A DNA stretch of 64,000 nucleotides from the human T2T-CHM13v2.0 reference genome, Homo sapiens. Location of the stretch: assembly GCF_009914755.1 (NCBI RefSeq), contig NC_060938.1; one strand, 5' to 3'. The notes below the pieces were generated by a model. That model was not told the origin of the DNA and did no database searches. It worked only from the letters and a program-made list of their open reading frames with translations. The position numbers were made by a program, and so were the translations under genes. Below, piece by piece: positions 48,191 to 62,799 of the stretch (position 1 is its first letter; each line of letters begins with the position of its first letter).

Positions 48191-49659
48191 TAGAAGTCAA
48201 CTTCTTGCTGTCCATCCACTGTCCTTTCCCCATCTCTTCAGGATTGCCTTAATCACATCTCAGAATGTTGTTGTGAAAACCCTTAGACCTGGGGAGAAGT
48301 CTGTATTCTGGGAACTGTGTTGGGGAGAAGGGAGGGTCCATGTGGAAGCCAAAACATGAGCCTGACTCATCTGAGTGGCAAGAACCAGGTCTGGCAGGAG
48401 CAGGGTGCTGAGGAAAACGGTTCCCAGATACACGTAAATCATCACCGCTCCAGTTTGGGAGCAGAGAGCAGGAAGATTTAGAAACCACACTATGAAGTCT
48501 TTATCTTAGTCTGACTTTTGAACTGTTGCATAAAACATTGTCACTTAACTATTTTAGGTTACTAGGATACCATGTAGAAATAATTTAATAAAAACAGACA
48601 AACAATTTAATTAAAACAGACAAACCAAAAACATAGTCATCTTTCTACAACTTCTCATTTCATCCTGGAGATCTGTTTACAGAGCCTTGCTATTTATCTC
48701 AATAAAAGTTTCCTCTCCCATAGTGGCCCCATTACCATCTGGACTCCTCTCTTTCCTTATTTTGAGGAGGAAAACATCCAAGAGACCTCTGAGTAAATTC
48801 TTTTTTTGACACATTCCAGACTTGGCTGCCTCTGAGGTGTGTGCTAACTGGAATTCATGATTTGGCCCACATTTTGAAAGATGAACCTAGGAAATCACTG
48901 TATAGAGAAGGACCTTTTCCCCCACCTCAGTGCTGTTTTCTTTCTCTCCAGAACAATCAGCAGGCTTTCACAAGTGAAATTGGCTTTGTGTAATTTCCTT
49001 TATACAATATTCCATTTGAGAATGTATTTTGATTCCATGTTGAATTTAATTTCTGCAACAGAAACTAAAGCTCCTTGCCAGTCATACTGACCTTCAAAAG
49101 GGAAAATATTTTTTGTAGCTGAGTATCATATTTCGATGGGAGCAGCTTTCAGTGCTAGAGAATGCAGAACTCCATTTTTTCCAGATGTAGATCCTTGAGT
49201 TCTAGAGGTAATTTCTGTGTGTACTTGTGTCTGCCTTTCTTCTTTACTCCACCCAGAGGAAAATGCATCTCAGTAAGTGCGCCTTCTAGAAGACCATTAG
49301 AGTAGCTTGTGACTCTCTAAGCTGCAGAGGTGAAAGGGCCATAGGTGGGGCTGACGAGGTTTTCAGGAAAATTTAACCTCTACTCACTGCCCCCTTAGTC
49401 TCTGGTATATATTCAGTACACTAGACTAGGATTTCAGATCTTAGGATGCAGGGCTTAGATGACTTGTGAGATCTCAGTCCTACAGTTTCCAGGATATTAG
49501 GATGATTTGGCTCATCTTCATTTTGAAATATATGGTAATTAATTGGATGGATATTCTTCTTTTATGAAAATTTAAAGTTCAGTTTCTTACCCCATCATTC
49601 CTAATTTTTAGTAAAAAATATCTTTTAAGTTTTAATTTTGAGGCATAAAGAGAAGGTAC

Positions 49660-49882
49660 TATAGATTGAATATCTTAATCCAAAAGTCTGAAATCTGTAA
49701 TACTACAAAATCTAAAACGTTTTGAGCACTGACATGATGCTCAAAGGAAATGCCCATTGGAGGATTTCAGATATTCGGATTAGGGATGCTCAACTGCAAG
49801 TGTAATGCAAATATTTCAAAATCCAAAAACTTCCAAAATCCAAAACATTTCTGGTCCAAAGAATTTAGGATACGGGCTACTC
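49660..49882 (+). mobile_element. Tigger4a/MER46-like MITE
   Basis: ttttgagcactgacatgatgctcaaaggaaatgcccattgg...ttcggattagggatgctcaac. Confidence 0.85.
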
Positions 49883-51741
49883 GTGTTTGAGAAAGTTTGT
49901 TTTGCTACTGTGACTCCAGGAATATTTGAGGATAGAGCAGATTCATGAGTTTTATCAGAAATACTTCCTCAGTCCTTCTTGAGTCCCCAGATGCATAAAG
50001 TTCACCTTAGAATATAATTTCCTTCATGAAATTTAGTAAAACATAACTGAAAACTTAAAGCATCCCCTTTGTAGTCCTACTGAGAACAAATACCTTATTG
50101 AGATACAGAAGTGAGGAGTACCGGGGCACCCCTCATCCATCTGACTCTCCCCTGCATACCAGCGCCGTCCTGAGTGCCATTTACAATTTGTACCTTGTAC
50201 TCACCAAGTATAATTTGGACCTTTCAGAGGAATCATAAATCATGAAAATAAATGACAGGGTCTGCCAGACCTTGAATCTTGCCTTACCAGTAATGGTGTG
50301 GCGTAATATTGTGACTAAAGAATGCTTTACAGTTGTTCATTCCATTCATTTTTTCTCCTGTAGGTTAGGGAAATTGTGTTTAACCATAGAGAAACCAGCT
50401 ATACTTAAGCTCAAGTTAGCAGCCATCTCAAGTCTACTCCTCCAGTGCTCCCCAAATCTGCCCACTTAAGTAACCATGGATGGATCCAACACAGTCCATT
50501 TTGGGTGAAAACACTAATTTACTGCTTGTAGAAGCATAGTTTTTCTTTAATTTGTATGTAGTATCCCAGACTTAAAGGTCATTAGGAACAAAAAAAATAA
50601 ATCTGCATAATATTTTTCCTTTAATATCAAGGTCAGGATTTTTATGACATAAAAATGTTGGTGTTTTGAGTTTTAATAAAAATTCTTTAGTTGGATGATG
50701 TTCTTTATACATAGTTAAGAGAAACTGACACAGTAAGAATTGATAATCCATTTGGCATCTAAATAGAATAAAGTCTAATTTCTATTTGGTTTAAATATAT
50801 GAGTTTTATGCTCTCCAGGTGGCTTTCTGATTACAGAATTTTACAGTATTTGTGAGAGTAGTAGTTATTAACAATTAACATTCGTTCAACAGAAATAGGT
50901 AATATGATACGGTCACTATTTTGGCCTCAAATTTACCTAGAGCTTAAGGGTAGGATTGAAATAAAAATTGCTGGCTGTGGCACGCTGAACTTGATACATT
51001 ACTGTGTTTAAACATAATGCGGGATCAGCAATAAAACCCTGATCTGTGTTAATATGCTTATAAAAGTTGAGCTATTTGAGGGGCTTTGGATAAACAACAG
51101 ACATCTTAGCATGTAAAATGATTTTCTTTTCTCCTTTTTTTAGGCTGGTATTACCAGCCTTTATGTAAATATTTGATGTTAGAGCTCACTGAACACTTGG
51201 TACTTCTGAGTTTTACCTGGATGTCATTGTTACTCCCCTTGAGACCCCTGCACTTAACTCTTAAGAAGCTGGATGGGGGGCCTTTTTTGTTCACGCAGTT
51301 ATGGCAGCTGCGTCTGCAGCCTCCCTCCCTCCTTCCTTACAGACACCAGCACCATATAGGGTGTGAATATGGTGGAAACAAACTTAAAAGAGTTCTCCTC
51401 TCAGAGAGCATAATAGTCACGTGACCATTCAGTCTTGATTTTTAAGGAAATACTTTTTAAGTTTGTTATATCATACAGGATCTAAGCTAATCTTCCACTG
51501 TGTCATTTTCTGCTTTCAAACAAAACAAGCACCATTTAATGTTTACTCTTCTTTTGTTTAGAATATTAGCTGTGGTTAGAAGCCTCAGACTTGTGCTTTC
51601 CAAATACTGGCCCCCTCCATCACAGCTTCGTGCCTTGCCATGAGGATCCTGAAATCATGGGACTTTTGAACTTCACTGGGAATGCTCCAGCTAGGTCCCC
51701 ATTGCCCATTGACTTCCATATTTCTTTTCATTTCTTTAATT

Positions 51742-52030
51742 ATTTTTTTTTTGTGACAGGGTCTCACTCTGTCGCAGTGGCATTGATCTTAGCTCACTGT
51801 AAACTCAAACTCCTGGGTTCAAGCCATCCTCCCACCTCAATCTGCTGAGTAACTAGTACTGCAGGTGCACGCCACACCACACCCAGCTTATGTTTTGAAA
51901 TGATTTTTTTTATAGAGACAGTGTCTCACTCTGTTGCCCAGACTAGTTGTAAACTCTTAGCCTCAAGTGATCCTCCCTCCTCAGCCTCCCAAAGTGCTGG
52001 GATCACAGGTGAGAGCCACTGCACCCAGCT
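51742..52030 (-). mobile_element. AluJ-like
   Basis: gacagggtctcactct...caagccatcctcccacctca...gagccactgcacccagc. Confidence 0.9.
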
Positions 52031-52761
52031 AACTTCTACATTTCTAAAGCTTCTGGATGGTGTTAGGTCCTTAGCTTATTTGATACCATTCACTACTCCC
52101 TCCTTCTTCAAATTACATTTCCTTGTCTTCCAAAAGGTATTCCTGATTTTTTTTGTATCGTCAGCTCTTTGCGCCTATCTCATCACCCTGAAATTTGTGT
52201 TCCCCACTTCTTCCTCATTTTTATTTGAATCCCACACTGTGCAATTCTTCTAGAAGGTTCATCCACTTGAGCAACCTCAACTGTCATCTGTATGTGGGCA
52301 GTTCCTTAGCTGATCTGTTTTGCCTTGGTCTCTTTTTCACTTTTCATATTCCTGACTACCTACTGAACATATGCACTTGAAAGGCATGAAAGTGTCTCAC
52401 ATTCACAAGTTCAAGCTGACTTGACCTTCACACCTGCCCCTCCTTCTGCCTCTTCCGTCTCGTGTGTTACCCACCTTGGTGGATGGCTTTGCCATCTACC
52501 TGAGTATCCAGAGCAGAAGTAGGATTCGTTATCAACTTCCCCTCAGCACTATCATCCCATCTCCACACATGTTCCTGCCATTGCCTGAGAAGTTCTCATT
52601 TCGCACTAAGTTTCTTTTGCTTACCTAAACTGTTGCCAACAGCCTCTAGGTATGATTACCAGCCTCCCACTGGAAGGATGACCTAATAAAAATGGATATA
52701 CTCCTCAGGCTGTGCCTTTTCATTATAGCCCTTCCATAGTTCCACACAGCCTTCAGGATCA

Positions 52762-53083
<322 letters not shown>

Positions 53084-54521
53084 AGTTTGTCTATGTGGAC
53101 TTGCCTTTCCCTTTTCCCCTATCATCGTCACCACCCCCATCCCTAGGCATGGGAGTGGCTCTCTCCTCTGCAAGCACTATGTTCCCCTTGATGCCTTTTT
53201 AGGAGCTCCTCTACTTGGTGCACCTTCCACTCCTTCTTTTGACTGCTGAAGTCTTGCCATGCCTGCTCCTCTGACAAGTCGCCTTTAATTTCCCCAAAAC
53301 ACTCTCCTCCCATTTCTACCTTAATTGCCTCACTAGGAATGTTCTTACCACCACATGGCTTCTTCACTCACAAAATTTATGAAACTTCGCTTTAATGTTA
53401 TTTGTCCATTTCTTTAAACTTAGCCTGTCTTATTCATCTTTGTATTCCAAATACCAGCCACAGACTCTGGCATTTAATAGGCTCCCAATGCTTTTTTTAA
53501 GAAGAGTTTCCTCAACTTAGTGTGTCTACACTTCACATGGTAGTCCAGCTTTCCACACGAAGAGTTTCCTCTACTTTCCATTTGTGGTAATGACCCTTTA
53601 ATAACAAAAGGGCTTATTTAAGTAACTGGGGACAGAATTTAATCTATCTTGGAGAAAATAAACCAATTTCCTTTTATAAAAATTAGATGATAGGTAAAGG
53701 CAAAGCACTTGATAGTCTGATAAAGCTATAGCATTAAACGTAGATATAAGTAGAATTATTTGGTTTTTGTTGACTAAGTTTAGAATACTTCATTTTAAAA
53801 GTATATTGCTGGTAGAGCTTTTCTAAAATTGACTCAAAGTGAAATGCAAGATCTTGATTGACTCCTTCAAAAGGTTTTAGTTGGAACTGAATTCTGGTGG
53901 TGTATTTGTCAGCCAAGACAAGGGAGAAAAGCAGAGGGCCGCATTTGACTTAAAGTGACCGGACTCTGAAGGCTCCTGTTTTCCACTCCTTGCAGGAAAC
54001 AGCGTACTCTGGCATCCATGTCAGGATTAGAGTTGATGTGATTTGCAAGTTCACATTTTTAGATGATACTGCAACAGTGGTTCCTATTCAGGCATTCAGG
54101 AAATGGGCACAATGGCTTCAGCTTGGCACACCTCCCAGTTCCCCATCGTTTACAAACTCCAGAGTGGCCCAGGAATGGGAGGAGAATGCTCCAGTACTGT
54201 GTCCAGCTCCAGCTCTTCAGTTACTTACTCATCATTCCTTGGGCCTCGAAAGTAGCTATTCTGCACTCACCCTAGGGAAATGTTTCCATAACGGCTTCCT
54301 CTCTGCAGGGCCACCTGTGTATTAGTGTGACCTGCCTGGAAATTCCTAGAAGCACCAGGAGGGTAGGCTGTGCTGTCCAGGGGCCATGATTTGCATCCTG
54401 CCTACGCTACTGGGAGTGTGTGGCAGCGGGCAAGGTCCTGTCCTTCTGCACTTTAACATCCCCATGACTCAAGTAGGTCACAGCCCCACCTCTTAGAGTC
54501 TGTGAAGATTAATTAGGGTAA

Positions 54522-54707
54522 TACAGGTTCAGCATCCCTTACCCAAAATGCTTGAACCAGAAATGTTTCAAATTTCAATTTTTTTTTAATTTTGCGCATA
54601 TTTGCATTGATCCTATTGGTTGAGCATCCCAAATTTGAAATCCAGAATGCTCCAATGAGCATTTCATTTGAATGTTATATTGGCGCTCAAAAAGTTTTGG
54701 ATTTTGG
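54522..54707 (-). mobile_element. Tigger4a/MER46-like MITE, truncated at the adjacent Alu
   Basis: tacaggttcagcatcccttacccaaaatgcttg...gctccaatgagcatttc...ggcgctcaaaaagttttggattttgg. Confidence 0.85.
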
Positions 54708-55040
<333 letters not shown>

Positions 55041-55708
55041 TTAGAAAGCCAGCAGTAACTCTGTTCACAAAGTACACAACAGGAAGCGATGAAAAGACAG
55101 GCACGAGTTGCTTGAAGTTGAACACAACTTGTTCAAACTACTCCGGTTATAGCACCCAAATTACATCACCTTGAATTGTTGTAGAGATTTTTCTTTTTTC
55201 TTTTCTTTTTTTTTTTTTTTACATAATTTTGGAAGAATCCTAGTTGATATACATGGCTGAAGACAGAAGACTTTAACTTGGTCCTGTTCCCTGGTTGGAT
55301 AGCAATTGCTAAGTTGTGGTAAAATGCTGTGCTTAATTATGGACTCAAGCATTTAATTTGTCCATCACTGCTGCTGTTTGAAGTGCTCTCACTTGTTTAT
55401 ACCACCAGCTCACTGTTTGCACTTGGGTTACTGAGGGCCTTATGTCCTTGTACATATCTCATGTTGGAATAAAAAGTAAGAAATAGAATAGAGATTTAAT
55501 TAATCTTACCTAATCAGTTAGGAAAATATTTTACCATCAACTTGTCACTTAGAATTCCATAGCCATAAGTTGATAAGTTGTAATCAGTCATAATCTGGAG
55601 TGATCAGTTTAATAAGAATCTATTAATGTTGGCACTATATATGTCGTCCTGTGAGTTGATTCATGGAATAGGTGTGGTGGAGGACAGGGGTGGTTGTGTT
55701 AGAAATCC

Positions 55709-55740
55709 GTGTGTGTGTGCGTGTGTGTATGTGTGTGTGT
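55709..55740 (+). repeat. Imperfect (GT)n microsatellite
   Basis: gtgtgtgtgtgcgtgtgtgtatgtgtgtgtgt. Confidence 0.85.
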
Positions 55741-58139
55741 CAGCTCTCTTTTTTAGCCTGGTGTGCGACTGCTTCTGGAAGAATGAAGGACGTATCTTGG
55801 ACCATCTCTTCCTAAATGTCCAACCCCTTCAACTCTCTGTTTTCACTGCAGTGAAGTGCATTGCATATAAATGAAAAGCTGGTGTTTAGTGTTAAGTGTA
55901 GTCAAAAGACTGTGGAAGTAATGTCTCTGGATGGTGATGATCATGACTTTTTCAATTGCGCATTCTTAGTACAATAAAAAAAAAAGCCCTGGTGTTTTAT
56001 TTCAGCAGAAGGAAGCCCCAGAGGATGTTTAGTATCAGTTATTTTAAAAATGTTTAGTTATTTCTTGACTAAATTTATAAAAATATAGAGAAGAAAATCT
56101 TCTGAAATTAATGCTAAAAGATTTACAGAATTCCTCTCTGACAGTGACCAGAGCATTCTTTAAAAAGAATATTGCCTGTATTCAACAGAATGGAAAGATC
56201 TCACAGCAATTGAAAGAGGTATTAATCTTTGTCCTCTAAATCTGTTGGGGCATTAACATCAGACGTTTGGGGCTCTTTAAGCAGAAAGATCTGGATTTAT
56301 CTCAAAAGAGAAGAAAAGTCTCTTGTGATCTTGCTGTAACTTCACTGGACTCAGCAGCTCTTAAAACAGAGTACGCTTGTAAGGTGGGGTGGGATGGACA
56401 GAGATCCAGGAGATCAGTGTGCTGGTTTTCCTATGTGAGCCAATGTGAGAGGTACTGCTCCCAGTTCTTGAAGCACCTCTTCAAAGTGGCAGGATAGCAA
56501 TCAGCCCATCTTCCAATAACGATCAGCCTCAGGCTATCTCTTCAGAAGTGGACTGCCAGTACCCAGACAGGCGGCGGTGGCTTCCACTCTCCCACTAGGT
56601 CTGTTCTCAAATAATATTTGTGTGATAGTATCAAATTCAGAGTATTTGGAAAAAATAGTAAGTCATCAGAATAAGGGCTAATTCTGAATTTTTCTTTGCC
56701 TACCATACATACATCTAGAGTCATAAAAACATTTGGGTGGCATTCCATCAGTTGCTCTATGTGTGTTCTATGTGTGTGAACAGTCAGAAAACAAAGCCAC
56801 TATTGAGTTATATAAATGCAAAAGAGGGATGGGAATGAATGCCAGCCTTCTGGAAATGCTATTTTTTCGCTTTGGGATAACTCCAGTAACCAAATAGAAT
56901 TTTCTGATACATTTGCCAAATAAGAAAGCTGAGGTTGAGAACTAGCCTGCGATATCTTAGCTTAATATACGTTTGGAGAGCAGGGTAAGAAAAGCAGCCT
57001 CTAAATACAAATGTAAAGGTTACATCTTGACTTTTCCTTTGGAATTATGTTGTAACTTCCTCATAGAAGCATAAACATTTTAACGTTCACCGTAAATATA
57101 CTTCACTGGCATTGCTTGTTTACCCCTAAGTCAAAAAATCATCAGACCCCTACACGTTGCATTAATCTTCACTGGGTTAACATTCCACTGCTGTCTCCTT
57201 TTTTTCTAGTTTTCTGTAACACCTCCTCCCCTTTGCAGTAAGAAAGTCAAAGCAGCTATGAAGTGAAACTCTATTTGAAGTTTCTCTCTATTAGGTGTGT
57301 ATAAGAGCCAAACACTTCAGGTTGAAAGGAATGTGGTATTTTGTTATATTTGGATTCACGTCATTCCTTAAGCCTTACTTGGTTTTCATTTTCATAACCA
57401 ATTCCTCCTATTCATACCCCTTTCAGATCACCTTACAATTAATTACTTTAGAATAATAATGAGAAATTTGCAATATGTCTCAGTGGAAAAGAGTAAAGAG
57501 AAACCCATGTTATGGTACCCAGATAAATGTCTTGATCTTCTCTTATTAAAACACATTACCTGAAGTAGAAATGAGCTAGTATCCCACTAGTACGTGGCCC
57601 CGCCATACCTGCCCCACGCATACACTACTTTGAGATCTGGCAACCTAATTACAGTGCCAGTGGGTGATTGGCCCATATTTCTCACAGTCTGTATAGCAAC
57701 AGCAAGATTGATGATGATAACAGGAAGACTTTAGAAACCCTGCCTCTTTCTTCTCACCACATTTCCCGAACACTGACATCCCAAGTCTCCCTGTTTACCC
57801 CATTTCACACTAGTTAGAACAGGCATTGTCCTAAGTTCTCTCACCATCATATGTAAGATGGATGATACTCACATGGGTGTCTGGGCTTAGGTGTAATTCT
57901 ATCACCTGTAACTCCATCCCTTTTTCTTGCATTTTAGAAGGCATATTAACTTTCAGTCTGTTACAGTTGCTTTTATTAAATTATTCACAAATTTTGGCAC
58001 TTCATTATTAGTGACCAACTGTTGTTCAAGTGATCTAGCCCCACCATAGTTGAGAACTCCTGATTTGGGGCATCTGACATAACTATGGTACTTGTCCTGA
58101 ATCCCCCTTCTCTTCTTCATTTTCTACACCACTGATAGG

Positions 58140-58840
58140 GATTCTCCTTCATTCAAAACACATGTTAAGCACTCAGAAATGTAAAGATAAATAAGGCTCA
58201 GTCCTGGCCCCTTAAAGACAGAATCTTAATTCACATTAAGGGAGACACACATAAAATAACCATTCTGTATGACTTGGTGTAATGGTGCAAAGAACAGATT
58301 GTCATGGGATTTGAGGAGATTCTAATCTATGAATTCAAAGCTATGATGTTGGCATCAGGCCTTTTTATGTGAGTAGCAAAGGAAGAAGGCATTCCAGGCA
58401 GAGAGAAAAAGATGAATAATAGTGTGAATGGGCAGAGTCTGAGAACTGGGACACCTTGACTTTCTCTAGAATGTAGGGTGTGTGGAGCCATTAATGGGGA
58501 TGGAGATGAGGATGGGGTTTGGTCAGATGGTTCAAGGCCTTAAAGAGGGTCTCAGGGATTTGGTCCTCTATCCTGTAGGCAAAGGGAAGCTTTGAATAGG
58601 CTTTTAGCAGTCTGTTGACTTGATGGAAGAGGGTGGGTTGGGGCTGCTGGAGGAATGGGGTGGAGAGAGCCTGGAAGTTGAGAGACCTGTCGGGACACTT
58701 GGACTGACCCAGGCTGCAGGTGAGAGAAATCAGAAGCCCCTCAGCAGGTTGGAAACTAGATATCTTCTTTGTCTTTGTGTTATCAGGACCAGCACCAGGT
58801 GCCTGACACACAGTTTGTGCTCAGTAAATAGTAGTTGAAC
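58140..58840 (-). mobile_element. L2 remnant, with a short opposite-strand L2 3' end at about 58765-58840
   Basis: cattcaaaacacatgttaagcac...ggcattccaggcagag...tatcctgtaggcaaagggaagc. Confidence 0.7.
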
Positions 58841-60463
58841 TTAATTAACCCAATTGACTGTGGAAAGTAAAGACAGAGGAAGGAAAAAAATGGCTTCACC
58901 ATGTTTAGCTTGACTAGACACATGACTTGCAGTCACAAGTTGTCCTGTGAATAAAGCCATTATGTGGTACCAAAAAAAAAATGATGTTTATCTTGAGATA
59001 ACAAATATAGGAAGGGCAGTTTGCGTTATTGGAGAGTGGGATAAAATGTGTTAGTCTTGAAAAGGTCTGATTTGGATTGCTGGTGAAAGGTGTCCAGTCA
59101 AGATGTTTAGGAGAGAGCCGGAGACAAACCTGGGCTCTCAAGTCAGATCTGCCTCTTGGGCATGGATTAATTTGGGAGTTGTACCTTTTAGTATCTATCC
59201 TTATTCTTTCTCTATTAGCAAAGCTTCTCAGCTTCCTATACCTGAAGCCCCATCCTGCCCTACTCAGAAGATAAATAGGTTCACTGTGGGACAGGGCCTC
59301 TGCCAGTGAAGCAGCTTCTGTCTCAAGACGTCAAAACTTTGACTTGTCTTAAGATAGCTTTATGTGCAAAGTTGTTTGAGCATGCAAACCCATTATAAAC
59401 TGTCTTATTAAAAAAACAAAAAAAAAAACACAGAAAACAGGCCTTCTCTTAGGGGACAGCAGTAGTTTAGCATGGAGTGCAGTGGGCTTAGAGTCTAGAG
59501 ACCTGACTTGTTGTGAACTTGAACAATGACTTAGATTTCACTTCCTAAGTTATAAAATGGAAATGACCTCCCCTGCTACAAGTAGTCGAGTGATTTGTGC
59601 CAGCATTTGCTTCTGAAATAAAATACCATCGTTACTAAGGGTTAGCTTAAACCTAGTCACAACTGTCAGCACAGCGTCACTTACTCATATCCCTGTGGTT
59701 GCCGTGTTGCCTACTAGCGTAGAGGAGGTAGAGGGTAAAAAACATGTCTGTCCTGACCACAAAGCTATGGTTTCTGCCTTGACAGCCAGTTGGCAGTGTG
59801 AAGGACCCATAACTTTAAAAACAGATACATGAGGTGCCCATGTGGAGCACACTTCTACTGTGATATTATATACATTCAGTAATTCTAGTTAAATTCAACA
59901 ACTGCAGTTTTAGACATTTTTTCATGGAGGTTTTTATATAGTGATACTACTACCAACCAGAATTATAAATACTGAATAGCAAAATCTGAATATTCATTCC
60001 AGAGTGTGAATAATAAAATTGGAAAACAAAGAAGCATACAAAAAATGTACCAGTGTTACTATGGTCATATACTCTGGGAGGACTAGTGTAAGAAATTGGA
60101 ATTAATTGCTATGTTAATGTCACTTGGGTTCAATTATCTTCTGCTCTGCCATACTAGGAAACTGCATAAGTAATTTAGCCAATTGAATTCTGGCAGCTTT
60201 TGGAAGCATACATGTTTTCTAGATCTTTTTTCCCCATTATTTTGTGACACCCACCCCCACCCCCTCCAAGGCAGTTTTCCAGCTGTTCCCCTAGGGAGTC
60301 ATTTTATGGGGAAGTTTCTTTTGTAGGCTTCCAGCTGGCTTCATTTTCACTATCTCCATGAAGTCACTGTTTTTGTCACATTTATATGATATTATCCATC
60401 ATGCGTTGCCTTGGGATTTTCCCTTTGAATTGTTGACTTCATGTTTTTGTATTGCACATGCAG

Positions 60464-60610
60464 GCTGTCTCCTGGTTCGGACATCTATGTGACGGTCTCA
60501 TCCATGGCTTTAGCAAGATCCCAGTGTCGGAACTCTCCTAGCAACTTGTCTTCATCCAGTGATACTGGTTCTGTGGGGGGCACTTACAGGCAGAAGTCCA
60601 TGCCCGAAGG
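60464..60610 (+). CDS. SIPA1L1: Coding exon (147 nt, phase 2->2), Ser-rich: [50 protein letters not shown]
   Basis: Acceptor ttgtattgcacatgcAG|G, weak donor GAA GG|GTAGTT. Open frame, phase-compatible on both sides. Confidence 0.92.
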
Positions 60611-61744
60611 GTAGTTATGCGTTTGTCCCATTGTACATGGTCCCTGTTGGCATCATTTCTTTCATCTGTACTCAGACATGTAAAATGACTTCCATTCAGC
60701 CAGCCTTGATCAATTTGTAGACAAACAAAAGAGAAAACGTAGTTAATAATCCAGATAGAAAAATGGCTTCATGGCTGGTTTAAACTACTTCTTAGGAAGT
60801 TTATCATCCTCTAGCCTCTACGAGGAACTAAATGGCAAAGAAATCAAATTGCATTAGTTTGTCCATTGTATATATTGTTTAGTTTCACAGTTCAGATTTT
60901 GTCACTTCTTATTTACTCCAAAGTAGAAAAAACACCTGTACAAGTTTTAGGATGGGAATGAGAGGCAGTTAAGAAGCAAAACTGTTTAAAAGACATAGGG
61001 CGTGTTCTACCCTCCTTGGAGATTTATTTTTGGACCACACACTTTGAGGAATTCTGACCAGGCAGGGCAGGTCCAAAGAGAGGGCCCCGGTAAATGAGGA
61101 GTTTGGAGACCATGTGGGAGAAAGAACTGAGGATGTGCAAGCTGAGGATGAGAATTATGGAGGTAAGGAGGCCACAGTAGCTTTCTTCCAGGACTCTTAG
61201 ATTAGGGATCAAATTTGTCTGTGAGGACAAGTGAGGCCAATAAATGAAAGTTATAGAGAAGAAGGGTCCAGCCCATTTTGAGGAAGATATTTCAAAGCTG
61301 TCAGCCTGCCCTGGAAAGAACTGGATGGCCTCATGAGGCAGAGTCCTTGATCACTGAATGTGTTTCATATGTCAGCCAAATGATTACTTAAAACTCCTTC
61401 AAATCTAACTGTGACTCTTAAACTACTAAATGCTTCTCTGAACAAAGAACAATTAAGTTCTTCAAAAACAGCACCAAGTAAAATTTAGAACAAGTTTTAT
61501 CTTAGCTCTTCAGGACTGGGTATCCCTTATACTCTGGCATACAATAAATTGGGGATAGGGGGCATACATGAGAAATGAAATTAAAAGTTCATCAGATGAA
61601 AATGTTTTCCAAAGCAGAGTTTAAGGATAGTTTTACCTTATTGTTTATTTAAAACCAGAGGGCCAGAAAAATGTCCAGCTTTAAGTTCAGAGGTTTAAAA
61701 GGTTCAGAGGTTTAAAAGTTTACACTGCTACCAAAAAATAAAAG

Positions 61745-61860
61745 CAAGTGGGCACTGTGGTCCCATATACTTGATAGGCTAAGGCAGGAGAAGATCCGTG
61801 GAGGCTGGGAATTTGAGTCCAGCCGGACAACATAGCCTGTCTCTTAAAAAATAAAAAAGT
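61745..61860 (+). mobile_element. Degenerate Alu monomer (FLAM-like)
   Basis: ctgtggtccca...aggctaaggcaggag...tttgagtccagccggacaacatag plus an A-rich tail. Confidence 0.6.
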
Positions 61861-62196
61861 AAAAGCATGATTAGAATCCATTTCTAACTGGCATCTCCAT
61901 GCCTTTTAAAAAAGTCTTAATACAAATTTAGAATAGGATCATAAATAGGTATATTTACTCTTATGAATGAAACAAGGACCCTTAGGGAGGAGATGGCAAA
62001 AAGTGTAATTGTGAGTCCTTTTTTTAAATGACCACTTTAACCAATTAGAAGTTTTCATAAATCAAGGTTTTTATTTTTGATAAGTGCTACATCAGTATGT
62101 GAGATAGCTTTGCTTAGTGAGCCTTGTGATGGGGTATGTAAATGAAAAGCATTTGTGAAACAGTAACTGGGGGGATGATATAATAAGAGTTTTATT

Positions 62197-62476
62197 GGCT
62201 GGTACGGTGGCTGTCGCCTGTAATCCCAGCACTTTGGGAGGCCGAGGCGGGCGGATCACGAGGTCAGGAGATCAAGATCATCCTGGCTAACATGGTGAAA
62301 CCTCTTCTCTACTAAAAATACAAAAAATTAGCTGGGTGTGGTGGCGGGTGCCCGCAGTCCCAGCTACTCAGGAGTCTGAGGCAGGAGAATGGTGTGAACC
62401 CGGGAGGCGGAGCTTGCAGTGAGCCCGAGATTGCGCCACTGCACTCCAGCCTAGGGGACAGAGCAAGACTCCGTCT

Positions 62477-62517
<41 letters not shown>
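62197..62517 (+). mobile_element. AluY-like with pure A40 tail
   Basis: gatcacgaggtcaggagatc, ggaggcggagcttgcagtgag; TSD aa(g/a)agttttatt. Confidence 0.93.
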
Positions 62518-62521
<4 letters not shown>

Positions 62522-62799
62522 TATTAAGATAAGTGTTTTTCTAGCCCCTTCTACTTTGCAGATGCTTTATGTAGATTTTTCTCCTTGGCTTCTTATAATG
62601 GAATTGCCGTTTTACACATAAATTGAGGCAAAAATTCAGTGACTTTGTTCAGTCATATTGGATGGGGGTTGGAACTTGGCCCCAGGTCTTCCTATTGTTT
62701 ATCTCCTGCCTTTCTGTGCACCACTTCCTGGTTTTACCCATACATGTATCAGCCTATAGCAAGAAGACACCCCACAAGCATCAGTTCATCCAGGCCCAT

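Noticed and set aside
53501-53576. 18-bp direct repeat gaagagtttcctc(a/t)actt, 58 nt apart
   Set aside because: Only two copies with no recognisable element or tail between them; not interpretable from sequence alone.
53990-54325. 111-aa ORF beginning at an acceptor-like ttgcag
   Set aside because: No recognisable homology and no convincing donor; the frame matching the phase-2 intron stops after about 15 codons.
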